DNA from: Basidiobolus meristosporus CBS 931.73
Lineage: Eukaryota > Fungi > Basidiobolomycota
Assembly (NCBI GenBank): GCA_002104905.1
Contig: MCFE01000441.1
Span: 1-64,000, forward strand
Direction: 5' to 3'
Length of the DNA: 64,000 nt
The first letter of the stretch is position 1. Every line of letters starts with the position of its first letter. Below, piece after piece: positions 48,167 to 59,800 of the stretch. The notes beneath the pieces are model-generated. The model saw nothing but the letters and a program-made list of their open reading frames with translations, was not told the DNA's origin and searched no databases. The position numbers and the translations under genes were made by a program.

Positions 48167-49015
48167 CTATAGAATAGATTTGGTACTCATGGGTGGAGAT
48201 GGATAGCCTGTATCTATTTCTTCCTCAGTAGGAGCTTCTTTAGCTTTCTCCTGTTGCATCTTGGCCCTCATTTGTTTCTTCAAAGAGGCTATCGAGGGGC
48301 GTTTGATGGTGGTAACAGTAGCTTTCCGAGTTTGTGATTTCTCCAGAGTTTTAAGAGTAATGGGATCCAAGGTGCTTTTAAATGCCACCTCTCTTGATGT
48401 GTTTTTGGTGAAATAGCTGTTATACGTATTAAAAGCGATGTCCCGAACCTCCGGGGAGGCGTCAGATATGCCTGCTGCAATGGCTTTCTCGATCATCACG
48501 AATTCATCACCTAGACGAGACTCCCACAAATTTACCACACACTGCAACCCTTTGATCACACCAAATCTAATATCCTTATTCTCACTCGATTGCTCTTCAA
48601 GGAGGGAGGAGAACCAACTTGTGGGGCCTGACAAGGAGAGAATCTTGATGAGAGAGTCGACAGCTTTGGTGCGTATGATCTTGTTTGTGCGGCCACAGTT
48701 CTTCAGGATTACTGGAAGATAAGCGTTGGCCAGAGGGTCGAATTCAAATTTGAGATGTTGAACGAGCTCTACAATATATTCCATGGCCATATTACAGAGC
48801 TGTGTTCTTTCGCTTTTGACACAGTCTATCACACCTGGAGCAACCACTTTACAAAGCTCCATAAAGTTGCTGTATTTACAAACGTTGGGGAGAGCCTCTT
48901 TCAAAGCAGCCAAAACATCTCGACGCTTTAACCATTCTTCCTCTTCAGACTCGGCAAATGTTCTCGAATAGGAAACCACTTCCTGTTCGTAAGACTTTTC
49001 GCTTGGCCCCATCAT
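48167..49015 (-). CDS. Short CLASP_N/TOG-like HEAT-repeat protein (Stu1/CLASP family fragment-type), intronless
   Basis: ESEEEEWLKR.D.L, SERTQLCNMA, CGRTNKIIR, DIRFG, GISDASPEVR; 282 aa ending in a basic tail. Confidence 0.75.
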   Translation of the reverse strand: MMGPSEKSYEQEVVSYSRTFAESEEEEWLKRRDVLAALKEALPNVCKYSNFMELCKVVAPGVIDCVKSERTQLCNMAMEYIVELVQHLKFEFDPLANAYLPVILKNCGRTNKIIRTKAVDSLIKILSLSGPTSWFSSLLEEQSSENKDIRFGVIKGLQCVVNLWESRLGDEFVMIEKAIAAGISDASPEVRDIAFNTYNSYFTKNTSREVAFKSTLDPITLKTLEKSQTRKATVTTIKRPSIASLKKQMRAKMQQEKAKEAPTEEEIDTGYPSPPMSTKSIL

Positions 49016-49449
49016 GCTTGGGAACTGTTTGTTGTGTGAGGTTTAGAAAATAGGAGCTCAAAGTTGGGATTTTTTCTTCCATTGGAAATCAAGCACTATT
49101 TATATGTACAAACAAGGACAATAAGCATACACCCTACACAATCACTCCCACTGAATCTCCTAAGGATTTTCAAGAATCCCGCATCATCCAGACATGCATC
49201 TCCCGTGGAATTAAGTGCGCGCACTTCAGAAGTACGCTAAATAAACGCCTATTGCTGCACATACATGTGCTTGAGATCTCGTTATTTGTTTAAATTAACC
49301 GCATTTTATGGGGAAACTCGATTTGCTCCATCTTGAATGTTGAGTGGCCCTTCACTCAGGGAATGTTTTTATTTATTGTTGATATTCTTCAACCTTTATA
49401 TTCGGAAAACAACAACACCACACTGAGCTCTCCCCTTGAATACTGCAAG

Positions 49450-49777
49450 ATGCTGACCATTGAAAGAACCACGAACCACTCACAAACCGCTAACTTCCAG
49501 CAAGAGAAAGAAAAGGCTGCCAAAGATATAGCACAGGTGAGCCCATAGTCCTTTCCCCTACGATGTCTCAGCACTGATGTTTTTGGCTTAGGGTTTGGAG
49601 GAGCTAATAACCAATCTGACCATGTTGAATCGAAACCTTGAATTGGTGAATTCTCTGGGCAAGGATTTCGACCAGATGTCTCATCTGTGGTCAGGCTTTC
49701 GCCAGGTTTTTCTGGAGAAGGAGGGTACTGAGGTGGAAGATATGGAAGATGTTACTGTATCGGAAATGAGTCCCTAG
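49450..49777 (+). CDS. DAD1: DASH/Dam1 complex subunit Dad1 (one intron)
   Basis: NFQQEKEKAAKDIAQ|GLEELITNLTMLNRNLELVNSLGKDFDQMSHLWSGF matches the Dad1 pattern LNRxLE..VGxEF..V..LWSxF. Confidence 0.8.
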
Positions 49778-49897
49778 AAAACCGTAATATTCCAATAGAA
49801 TCCAATTTTCGTATTTGTAAAATAAACTGTATACCTTTCCCAACTTATCTTTCCAGTGACGCTCGAATTCAGTGAAAGTTACGGCTGTGAGTTGATT

Positions 49898-49946
49898 CGA
49901 AACACGAAACACGAAACACGAAACACGAAACACGAAACACGAAACA
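49898..49946. repeat. Seven perfect tandem CGAAACA heptamers (six complete CACGAAA)
   Basis: Directly visible (CGAAACA)x7. Confidence 0.95.
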
Positions 49947-50193
49947 TGCCTACGGAGTCTAGATCAAGATCACTGTAAAGGATTTGCCGGGCTTTCTCTG
50001 AAAATCTACATATGTTATAGCTATTTATGGAAAGCCAGCATCACTTCGAACAGGGGAAATGATGTTATTTGCGGTAAGTGGTTTTGCCAGGCCGGAGCAT
50101 TTATACGAGCGATCTGGTCTAGTCTTCAGCGTCTTTCTTTATCTCGTTAATTGTAATCGCTCTCCGCCAACGATCCCATTGAAGACAACGGTA

Positions 50194-51222
50194 ATGGAGC
50201 CTCTTTCAACCTCCGAGGGATTTTTTGCTGCCATTGGACTCTCCAAGTTGGTCAACTACTGGCACGTTATGGTCTTGACTACTGTGGCCTGTCAGCTCAT
50301 TGCTTCCTTCTCGCGCCTTGCTTCTCCTATACTGTTCCCCAAAACTTATGGAAATCTGAAGGGTGTCAAACGTCTTAGTTGGGATATGCATGTGGTTTCG
50401 TTGGTGAACTGCATTGTAGTCTCCGTATTAGCCACCCCAATGCATTGGAACCATAGTCTTCCTCAAGATAAGCTGTTCGGATACAACGACCAAGTGGGCC
50501 TACTTCATTCAATTGCCTCAGGGTAGAGTTGCAAATCAAGCAATGACCGTAATTCTCTTGCTAACATTAATGTTGATCAGATATTTCTTGTGGGATGCCT
50601 TCCATCACATTAAATATGTCAAGGACTTTGGTATTGGGTTCGCCTTTCATGGAGTAGCCTCGCTCTTCTTGGGAGTCTATTCATTCGTAAATACGCTCAC
50701 TTCTTTCTGTATCTTTGTGCCGATATTGACTCAGGTTTATATAGCGACCATTCATTATGTACTACGGATGCTCCTTTTTGATGTTTGAACTCAGCACGCC
50801 ATTTTTGAATTTCCACTGGTTCATGGTAAGATCTTGATGCACTCATATGTTGGCGAGAAGCCAGCTCACCATTTCCCGCAGGATAAACTTGGCTATACTG
50901 GCAGCATGGCGCAGATAGTCAATGGGGTCATACTTGTTATCGTCTTCTTCTTTGCTCGTTTGGTTTGGGGTTTTTGGACCATGTACGATTTGATTGGTAA
51001 GGCCCCGGATAAGATATCCTCCATGATCACCAAACTCATCTTTCCTCTACAGTCACGGTCATTCCTCGCTTAGACCAGATTCCATGGTATGTTACGTTGT
51101 TTTTCGGCATGGCTTTCACGTGCCTGAACTTGTTGAACATCTACTGGTTCCGTAAGATGATCTTATCCGTTCGTGCAAGATTCCTACTCAATGACAAATT
51201 CAATAAGAACAAGAGAGAATAG
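50194..51222 (+). CDS. TLC (TRAM/LAG1/CLN8) domain membrane protein, multi-exon
   Basis: WDMHVVSLVNC, DKLFGY, IASG|YFLWD, FAFHG, ELSTPFLNFHW, NGVILVIVFFFARLVWG, LNIYWFRKMI. Confidence 0.88.
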
Positions 51223-52358
51223 TTGTAGAGTAGATATTGGAGACCAGATATCTATCGATTTTTCCATTCCCCACTGTTTCCCGATTCCAATTCCAATCAT
51301 ATTGGCTTGTACATTAATAATAGTATTTCCGAGATACGATTTATCCGAGTTTTCTTCATCCATATATACCATGTTACTATGTGTTGCGCCAACTAAACCG
51401 AGACGAAGGAGCTACGTGCAACCATACCCACGTGTGGAGGTGCGTAAAATCCTCCTATCACTAAGCAATGTGAATGGTGAACCTATGAATAGAACAGTCC
51501 AGTTTTAGGCAATTTTATTGACAACATAATGCTGATGTGCGAACTGGTAATATGCGAGAAGTGTTGGCAAATCTTATGCTCCAGCAATGTCACGTGATGC
51601 CCAACATTTGTATCAGCAATCATAGTTAATTTATTCGAGCTTTCACACAACAATGGCAAAATAAACAGGATCAAATCAAAAAATATCGTGGCTACAGTCA
51701 ATTCCAATATAGAGGGGTTATGGTTTTCCAGAAAATCGATCCGTCGAATTTCAAGGTATCAGATGTAAAAACAACCAAAATTGGATAATCAGCTTCGCCA
51801 GGAGTAGGCATGGTTGAAAGTCCCGGCTATTAGTTTACCAAGTCAAAAAATCCCATATCAAGAAATTTCCAATGTATTCCACAATACTTGGCAGGGTCGA
51901 TGCACAGCTTTGGGTGGTTTCTATCAGTGGGATCTTTTGGATTGGTGAATTCTAACTTTATTATGGTTAGATTTACTCATCGCTTATTATTCAGGCGGGC
52001 TCCGTTTTTGCGGACAACTCAAAACGGCCGGAGAAACTCCGACTCTGCCAAGGTTGACAGTGAACTGACGGTCGCTGTTAGCAATAACTACTGTAATATT
52101 AGAGTAGAGTGTTTGTAGTTACAATGCCAAGTCCTTCGCCTCAAGCTATTTTCATGCTCGGGCTTTCCGCAGCTCATGGTGAATCCTCACTCAACATGTC
52201 CATGCCATGACCAAGGATTATTGCATGGTCAGTTATAAATATCATTACACTAATCGGGAATTCCGTAGTCAATTTTGTTGACTACCATATTGAGCACACG
52301 CACGAATGATTCCCATAAATACAGGTTGTACAGAGCTTGGTCGTATCCTGCAAACACC

Positions 52359-55300
52359 ATGGCGTCTATTCCTGAAAAACGGGAAAATGAGAACAATGAG
52401 GAATCTACAACGCTAAACGACTTAGAGTTTACAGAGAAGGTGGAAGTCACTCCAAATTTAACCGAAGATGTTCCTGACGAAAAAAGCGAGAAAAAACCTG
52501 TCGAGCCGAAAGCCAGTATGCGAGAGCTGTTTAACTTCGCCACCAAACTCGATCTGTTCTTGATGGTCGTCGGCTTTGTGGCAGCAATTGTCGCAGGCGC
52601 TGGTATGCCTTTGATGACGTTAGTATTGTGTTTCTTTCCATGTTTATACATTAGCACTAACGTTGCGGAAAAATACGGAAAAATAGGGTGATCTTTGGCC
52701 AAATGATCAATATATTCAAGGTGTTCAATGTGAAGGCAGCCGAGGGATATATCTCCCCCGAAGATATCTCCACCTTCCGCTCCGAAATCAACAAATATGC
52801 CTTGTACTACGTCTACCTTTCAATCGGGATTTTCGTCACCACATACGCCTATATGTCTACTTGGGTTTATGCCGGTGAACGTCAAACCAGAAAAATTCGC
52901 GAATCCTATCTCGCTGCGGTGCTTCGTCAAGAAATAGCTTGGTTCGATAAGCTGGGTGCTGGTGAGATTACAACCCGAATCACTAGCGATACTCATTTGA
53001 TTCAGGACGGTATCTCCGAAAAATTCCCTCAGAGTTGCTCTTATGTAGCTACATTCATATCTGCTTTTGTCATCGCATTTACGAGAAGCTGGCAGCTTAC
53101 CCTAGTTCTTTGCTGTATTATTCCCATGATCGCGATCTCAGTGGGAGTATTGAATATGTTTACCAGCAAGTTTGTCAAACGGGCTCTCGATCACTATTCT
53201 ATCTCTGGTACGTTGGCTGAAGAGGTGATATCTTCCATTCGGACTGCAACAGCATTTGGCCAACAAAAGAAGCTTTCAGAGTTGTACAACAAAAATATCC
53301 TCTTGGCAAAGCAGGAGGGATTGAAGAAGGCGTTCTTTTCGGGTGCCGGAATTGGTGTGATCTACTTTATTATTTATGCCGCTTACTCTCTCGCTTTCTG
53401 GTTCGGTGGAAAGCTATTGAACTGGAATGATATTGACGTCGGCAACGTTTTCAATGTCTTCTTCGCTGTGATTATTGGTGCCTTTTCACTTGGTCACGTC
53501 GCTCCTAATCTCCAGGCCTTTGCTTTTGCACAAGGGGCTGCAGCAAAGCTATACGATGCAATTTATCGGGTCCCTGCTATCGACTCCTCCTCCGCAGAAG
53601 GCATCCAACCCACAGAGAGAACTAATGGCCTAATCGAAGCTCGTGATATTCACTTTACATATCCATCCCGTCCAGATGTTCCCATTCTCAAAGGAATCAA
53701 CCTAACTGTAGAGCCAGGAAAGACTGTTGCCTTGGTGGGAACCAGTGGTTCCGGAAAATCAACGATCATTCAGTTGTTGGAGAGATTCTACGATCCACTG
53801 GAGGGTGAGATCCTTCTAGACGGGCGACCTATTAAATCGCTAAATGTTCACTGGCTTAGACGCCAGATCGGATTAGTGTCCCAGGAGCCGACCTTGTTCA
53901 AATGTACTATTGCCGAAAACGTTGCTCACGGCCTGATAGGAACTGCCTACGAAAATGAAAGCGCAGAAAAGAAGATGGAGCTTATCGAAGAAGCCTGCAA
54001 AATGGCCAATGCTCATGGTTTCATCATGACTTTGCCGAACAAATATGACACCCACGTTGGTGAAAGAGGCTTTCTACTTTCTGGGGGCCAAAAGCAGCGT
54101 ATCGCCATTGCTAGGGCTATCGTCAAAGATCCTCGGATCCTCTTGTTGGACGAAGCTACATCAGCACTTGATACTCAGTCAGAGGGTATTGTCCAGCAGG
54201 CTCTGGATCGTGCTAGTTCTGGCAGAACTACCATAGTGATCGCCCATCGTCTTTCGACCATTCGCAATGCCGACCAAATCGTTGTAATGGAACGTGGCCA
54301 AATCATTGAGACAGGCACTCACAACTCTTTGCTTAACGAAAAGGGCGCCTATTATAGACTCGTCGAACTCCAAAAGATCGGTAATCAAGATGAAGAGTTG
54401 TCAGTTGTTCCTCCACCTGAAGACCAAAATATCACTGCTGCTACCACACAAGATTCACAATTGAGACGGCAAACTACACAGCACTCAGTTCTGTCGGTAG
54501 GCAGTAGGAAGGACGTCGAGGAGGGTGCTGAGGCAAAACACTCTTTCCTTTACGTCTGCTACCGCGTATTCCTATTGAACCGGCCGGAGTTGAAATTCAT
54601 GTTCGGTGGATTGTGTGGTTCTATAGTAGCTGGCGCCGTTTACCCCGTTTTCGCTATTATCTTTGCTGAAGTAATTACTGCACTAAGCATCGTGAACGAC
54701 GACGCAAAGCGTACACGCGAGATCAACTTCTGGGCCTTGATATTCCTAATCATTGCGATCGTAATGTTTATCGCCCAAACCGTTCAGGGGACTTTCTTTG
54801 GCATCTCTGGCGAAAAATTGACCGAACGAATCCGTGCTATGTCATTCGCTAATATGCTGAACCAGGAGATCGGGTGGTTTGATCGTGACGAGAATAACAC
54901 TGGCGCATTGGTATCTGCCTTATCCACCGATGCCACGCATGTGCAAGGGGTTAGCGGCTCTACATTTGGCACGATCTTACAAGTAGTGGTCAACATTGTT
55001 GGTGGATTTGTTGTTGGTCTCGCTTACGGTTGGAAGCTTACCCTAGTAGTGATGGGTTGCATTCCCCTTCTGATAGGTGCAGGACTCATTCGGATGAGAA
55101 TGATGAATGGCTATCAACAGAAAACCAAAGCTGCCTACGAACATTCCGCACAACTGGCATGTGAAGCTGCGTCATCGATTCGAACCGTCGCCTCCCTTAC
55201 TCGAGAACAGGATGTGTGCCGGGAGTATCACGCTGAATTGGAGGAACCAGTGAAAGCTGGTAAACGGAATGCATTTGGATCTTCCCTTGTGTTCGCACTT

Positions 55301-56335
55301 TCACAGGCCATTGTGTATCTAGTTAACGCGCTTGGATTTTGGTATGGAGGAAGGTTGTTATCTACGATAACCTATTCTGGAACTACCCCAATCCAGGAGT
55401 ATGATCAGAAGCAATTCTTTGTGGTGTTCATTGCTATTGTGTTCGGTTCCCAAAGTGCTGGTAACATATTCTCGTTTGTTCCAGATCTTAGCAAAGCTAA
55501 ACATGCTGCAAGCAGCATCATCGCCCTTTTGGATCGTCAGCCCCTCATTGATGTAGTTAATGCTCAAGGTGACAGAGTAGAGTCTGTCATGGGGCGTATC
55601 ACTTACCGAGATGTCCACTTTCGGTATCCTACTCGCCCAGGAGTTCCGGTACTCCGTGGCTTAAATATTGATATTAAGCCTGGCCAGTTCGCTGCGTTGG
55701 TGGGCCCATCAGGCTGTGGTAAGAGCACAGTGATCGGTCTAACGGAGCGCTTCTACGATGTTCTTGCTGGAAGCGTTATGATTGATGGAAAGGATGTTCG
55801 TCAAATGAATATCAACGATATGCGCAAGCATATTGCCTTGGTCGGCCAGGAGCCCACGCTTTACGATATGACGATTAGAGAGAACATCTGCTTTGGCTTA
55901 GTTGGCCGTGTCCCTTCTCAAGAAGAAATCGAACAAGCAGCTCGTGACTCCAACATTCATGATTTCATCATGAGTCTTCCTCAAGGTTACGATACTCCAC
56001 TTGGTGGGAAGGGCTCACAGCTTTCTGGCGGCCAGAAACAGCGTATTGCGATTGCCCGTGCACTAATTCGCCAGCCGAAGATATTGCTTCTCGACGAAGC
56101 CACTTCTGCCCTTGATGCTGCTTCGGAGAAAATTGTTCAGACTGCACTGGATAATGCCGCCAAGGGACGAACCACTATTGCGGTGGCGCATCGACTCTCG
56201 ACAATTCAAAAAGCCGATATTATATACGTATTCAAAAATGGAGTTGTTAACGAACAAGGCACTCATGATGAACTCATGGCCCTTAGGGGGCAATACTACT
56301 CTCTTGTTGTCCAACAAGACTTGAGCACCAACTGA
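52359..56335 (+). CDS. Full-length ABCB1/MDR1-type ABC exporter (TMD-NBD)2; one early intron
   Basis: Two Walker A (GTSGSGKST, GPSGCGKST), two LSGGQKQRIAIARA signatures, LLLDEATSALD. Confidence 0.97.
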
Positions 56336-56884
56336 GCTGATGCTTATCTAATACCTTTAGTGTAATATAATCCCCAAGCATATGTGACTTGGAATGCAAT
56401 AATAAATAAGCATGTGACGATAATTGGCTAAATTCTTGTATTGTCAGTAACAGCTTAATATGGTAGTAGATCATTTAATAAAGGCGGAGTTTCACCGAGC
56501 TGGACATCTCATTGTTTACTCGAAGCTGTAGTTCTTCAGATGATACGGTATTTAAAGGAGGGTCTCAAAATCATAATGATTGGTTACATCCGAGTGACAA
56601 CAGATCAATTGTCAGGGCTGGCATTTCTCCTAAATCCACATTCACATCCACACCACTTGCATCATCCGGGCTTTCGATTGTGGGTTTGATTGTGAGTTAA
56701 ACGATGTTCGATGACTCCTGATGAAATGTAGTGATGATGCACACTCGTGGGGGAATTGCTGAATGGCTGAATTTCGGAGCGTGCATGATATAAGCTGGCT
56801 ACCTACCCTCCGCATTGCACGTCCTGGCTGCTTGTCCAGTTTCTTGTCCTATTACTTTCTCAGTTGCTTGTCTTCACCATATAC

Positions 56885-59800
56885 ATGAACCATACATTAG
56901 TTCAGTCAGAGCAGCAATCGCTGCTTGAAGCTCTGTTACTTTCCATGAAGCGAGTGGACAAGCATCCTACATTGCCCGTTATATATTCTTCCACCATGTG
57001 CGCTCTTATGTTTCGATATACCAACTCACAGGTTTTCTCTCTTCATATCGGAAGTGAGCAGTCCCAAGTGTCGATTTCCCTGTGCCCTGATATGTCCCTC
57101 ATGGACCTCTTGAAAGTAACCGAGGATCGAATCGTGACGTCACTTCGTGGAAGACACCTCTCTATTTCTGAGTTGGCCATCCGCCTGTATGTCACGGATT
57201 CATCACCTGTTGTGAATGACAGTTCAGAGATACAAATGCATATTAGTTCCACAACCGGCCAGGTAATCGACAGAATCGGCATCAACAAATCTTTGCTTTG
57301 TAGTGGCACAGACGTTGTAGGCCATTGGAATGAACTGCTGAGGCGTTTTGTTGACCAACCAGATGTACCTATATCCGAAGTTGTCCTACTTCCCCCTGTG
57401 GAAGCGGAGCTTTTAACCTCCGACGGCTGGGCAACCACTTCCTTTGTTACCGATACACTGGCTCCATCCGTTGGAGTTTATCTTCACACGGTTTTTGAAA
57501 ATACCTCCAAAATGTATCCTGGGCGCACAGCGATACTGTTCGAAAAATCAACTGGCCAGGATGAGGTTTTCACTTACCAAGAAGTTGAAGCTATCTCTAC
57601 TACATTGGCCAAATACCTGCATGAGAATCACCCTACAGGACCAGGGGTGTATATTGGCCTATTAATGCCGCAAAAACCGACTGCATATATTGCAATGCTT
57701 GCCATCCTTAAGACTGGTTCGGCCTATGTCCCGATTGACCCAGCATGCCCCTCAGAGCGCATAGAATACATACTCGGCGATTCTCAAGCCGGATTATTGC
57801 TGTGTGAAAGGGAAGCAGTAAGAGATAATCTACCATGCCAGACATTAGCCTTGGATGATTGGCTGGCGGCCCAGTCATCCTTCAGTGAGAGTTTCAAGCT
57901 ACCTTCTGGAGTACTTCAAGTAGCAGATCCGGCCTATATGATATATACTAGCGGAACCACTGGTCGGCCAAAAGGTAAACCCAAGCCTATATAGATACTG
58001 ATGCTGATGGATGCTGACGACTGCATATTACAGGGGTTGTCGTTGAACATCAAAATGTTGTCAGCTTGGTCAACGCAGAGTATTCCATTTTCAAATTAAA
58101 TGCTGAAGATCGAGTATATCAGCAGTTCTCCCTTTCCTTCGATGCATCTATCGAGGAAATATGGCTACCGTTCAGAGTGGGTGGAACCCTTGTTCCAGCT
58201 ACTCAGAAGCCAGGTCCAGGACTCTCGGAAACTCTAGAAGCCAAGGGTGTAACTGTTCTTAGCTGTGTCCCAACCTTACTAACCATGCTGCCGGAAGACG
58301 AGAAGTTGCGAAGTCTTCGACTGCTCATTCTGGGAGGAGAAGCTTGCCCCAAATCCGTAGTGGAAAGATTCGGTATTGGCTGTCGGATTGTAAATAGCTA
58401 TGGGCCGACCGAAACAACGGTAAGTGATTATGCTCGGTCCATTTTGAAATCATAGAAACTCAATTTTGTTAGGTGATTGCGACATGGAAAGAATGCAATC
58501 CAACTGATGATATTGTGACAATTGGACGACCAATCCCTGGGTATTCGGCTTTCATCATGTCAGCACATAATCAACTTCAGCCTGTAGGGGTCGCAGGAGA
58601 ATTGGTTATTGGGGGTCCCGGTGTCACACGGGGGTATCACAACCTTCCCGAGCTTACAAGGAGCAAATACATCAAAAATACATCCCTGGATTCCGAGGGG
58701 CGGTTATACAAAACTGGTGATCTGGCTCGGTTTAATGCTGCCGGGGAAATTGAGTATTTGGGCCGTATCGATACCCAAGTGAAGCTACGTGGCTTTCGAA
58801 TCGAGCTTGCCGAGGTTAGCACCTTTCTGTTGTATGCATGGGATGTTCTGTCGTACTCAAGTACATTTCAGGTAGAATCAGCACTGCAAGCTTGCGAAGG
58901 CATACAGCTGGCTGTGGCTACTGTAGATGTGGATGTATTTAGCATGGAGCATCTAGTGGCATACGTGGTTCCGACTGGCAACGAGGCCTTCTTGGACTTT
59001 CAGGCCATAAAAGATAATCTTCAGAAAAAAATGCCTAGCTTCATGGTTCCCTCCACCTTCCAGGTAATACAAGATGTACCAACTTTGCCAAGCGGAAAAA
59101 TCGATCGCAAGAGTCTACCAAAGATGTCACCTGACGTTGCGGTCTCTGTAAAAGATGAATCCAAACCAACCATTGCCCCGAGAACCCCGACGGAGGCAAA
59201 ACTAGTGGACGTTTGGACCCGTTACTTCAACGGTAAAGCCATATCGGTATCGGATAACTTTTTTGATCTTGGTGGCCATTCGCTCTTTGCTGCTATGCTC
59301 ATCTCAGAACTACGTAGCAGTGAGTGCACAAAAGGCATCTCGATGGGACATATATATCAATTTCCCGTTCTAGAAAACCTGGCTGCCTTCCTTGACACTG
59401 GTTTATCCACTGAGACTAGGCATGTTAGCAAGAACAGTAATATAGATCGAGGAAACAGTGATGTTGAGAAGTTGAGCAATTTGGAGAGAGTTGATTTTCC
59501 ACCTACGCCTAGCTACTTGCATACTTTCGGTCGTATGATCTGTCAGCTCGCAGCAATACTAACGGTTTTCCTTGTAACGACACTACCAGTATCAATCTTG
59601 TACATGTTATACAAGTTCACAGAAACTCCGTTAGCCGTCGTGTTAGTGCTTTTTGCCCTGGATTTTTGTTGGATGGCTGTGATCGTAGTTGCTTTGAAGT
59701 GGATCTTGATCGGGCGGTACCGTGAAGGAAAATGGCCACTTTGGGGGGCCTATTACTGGCGTTGGTGGGTTGTAAGAAGCTGCACAAGAGTGCTCAAGTT

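Noticed and set aside
56730-56770. GTGATGA...CTGA resembling a C/D box pair upstream of the NRPS
   Set aside because: Only ~30-40 nt between the boxes, with no stem and no recognisable guide.
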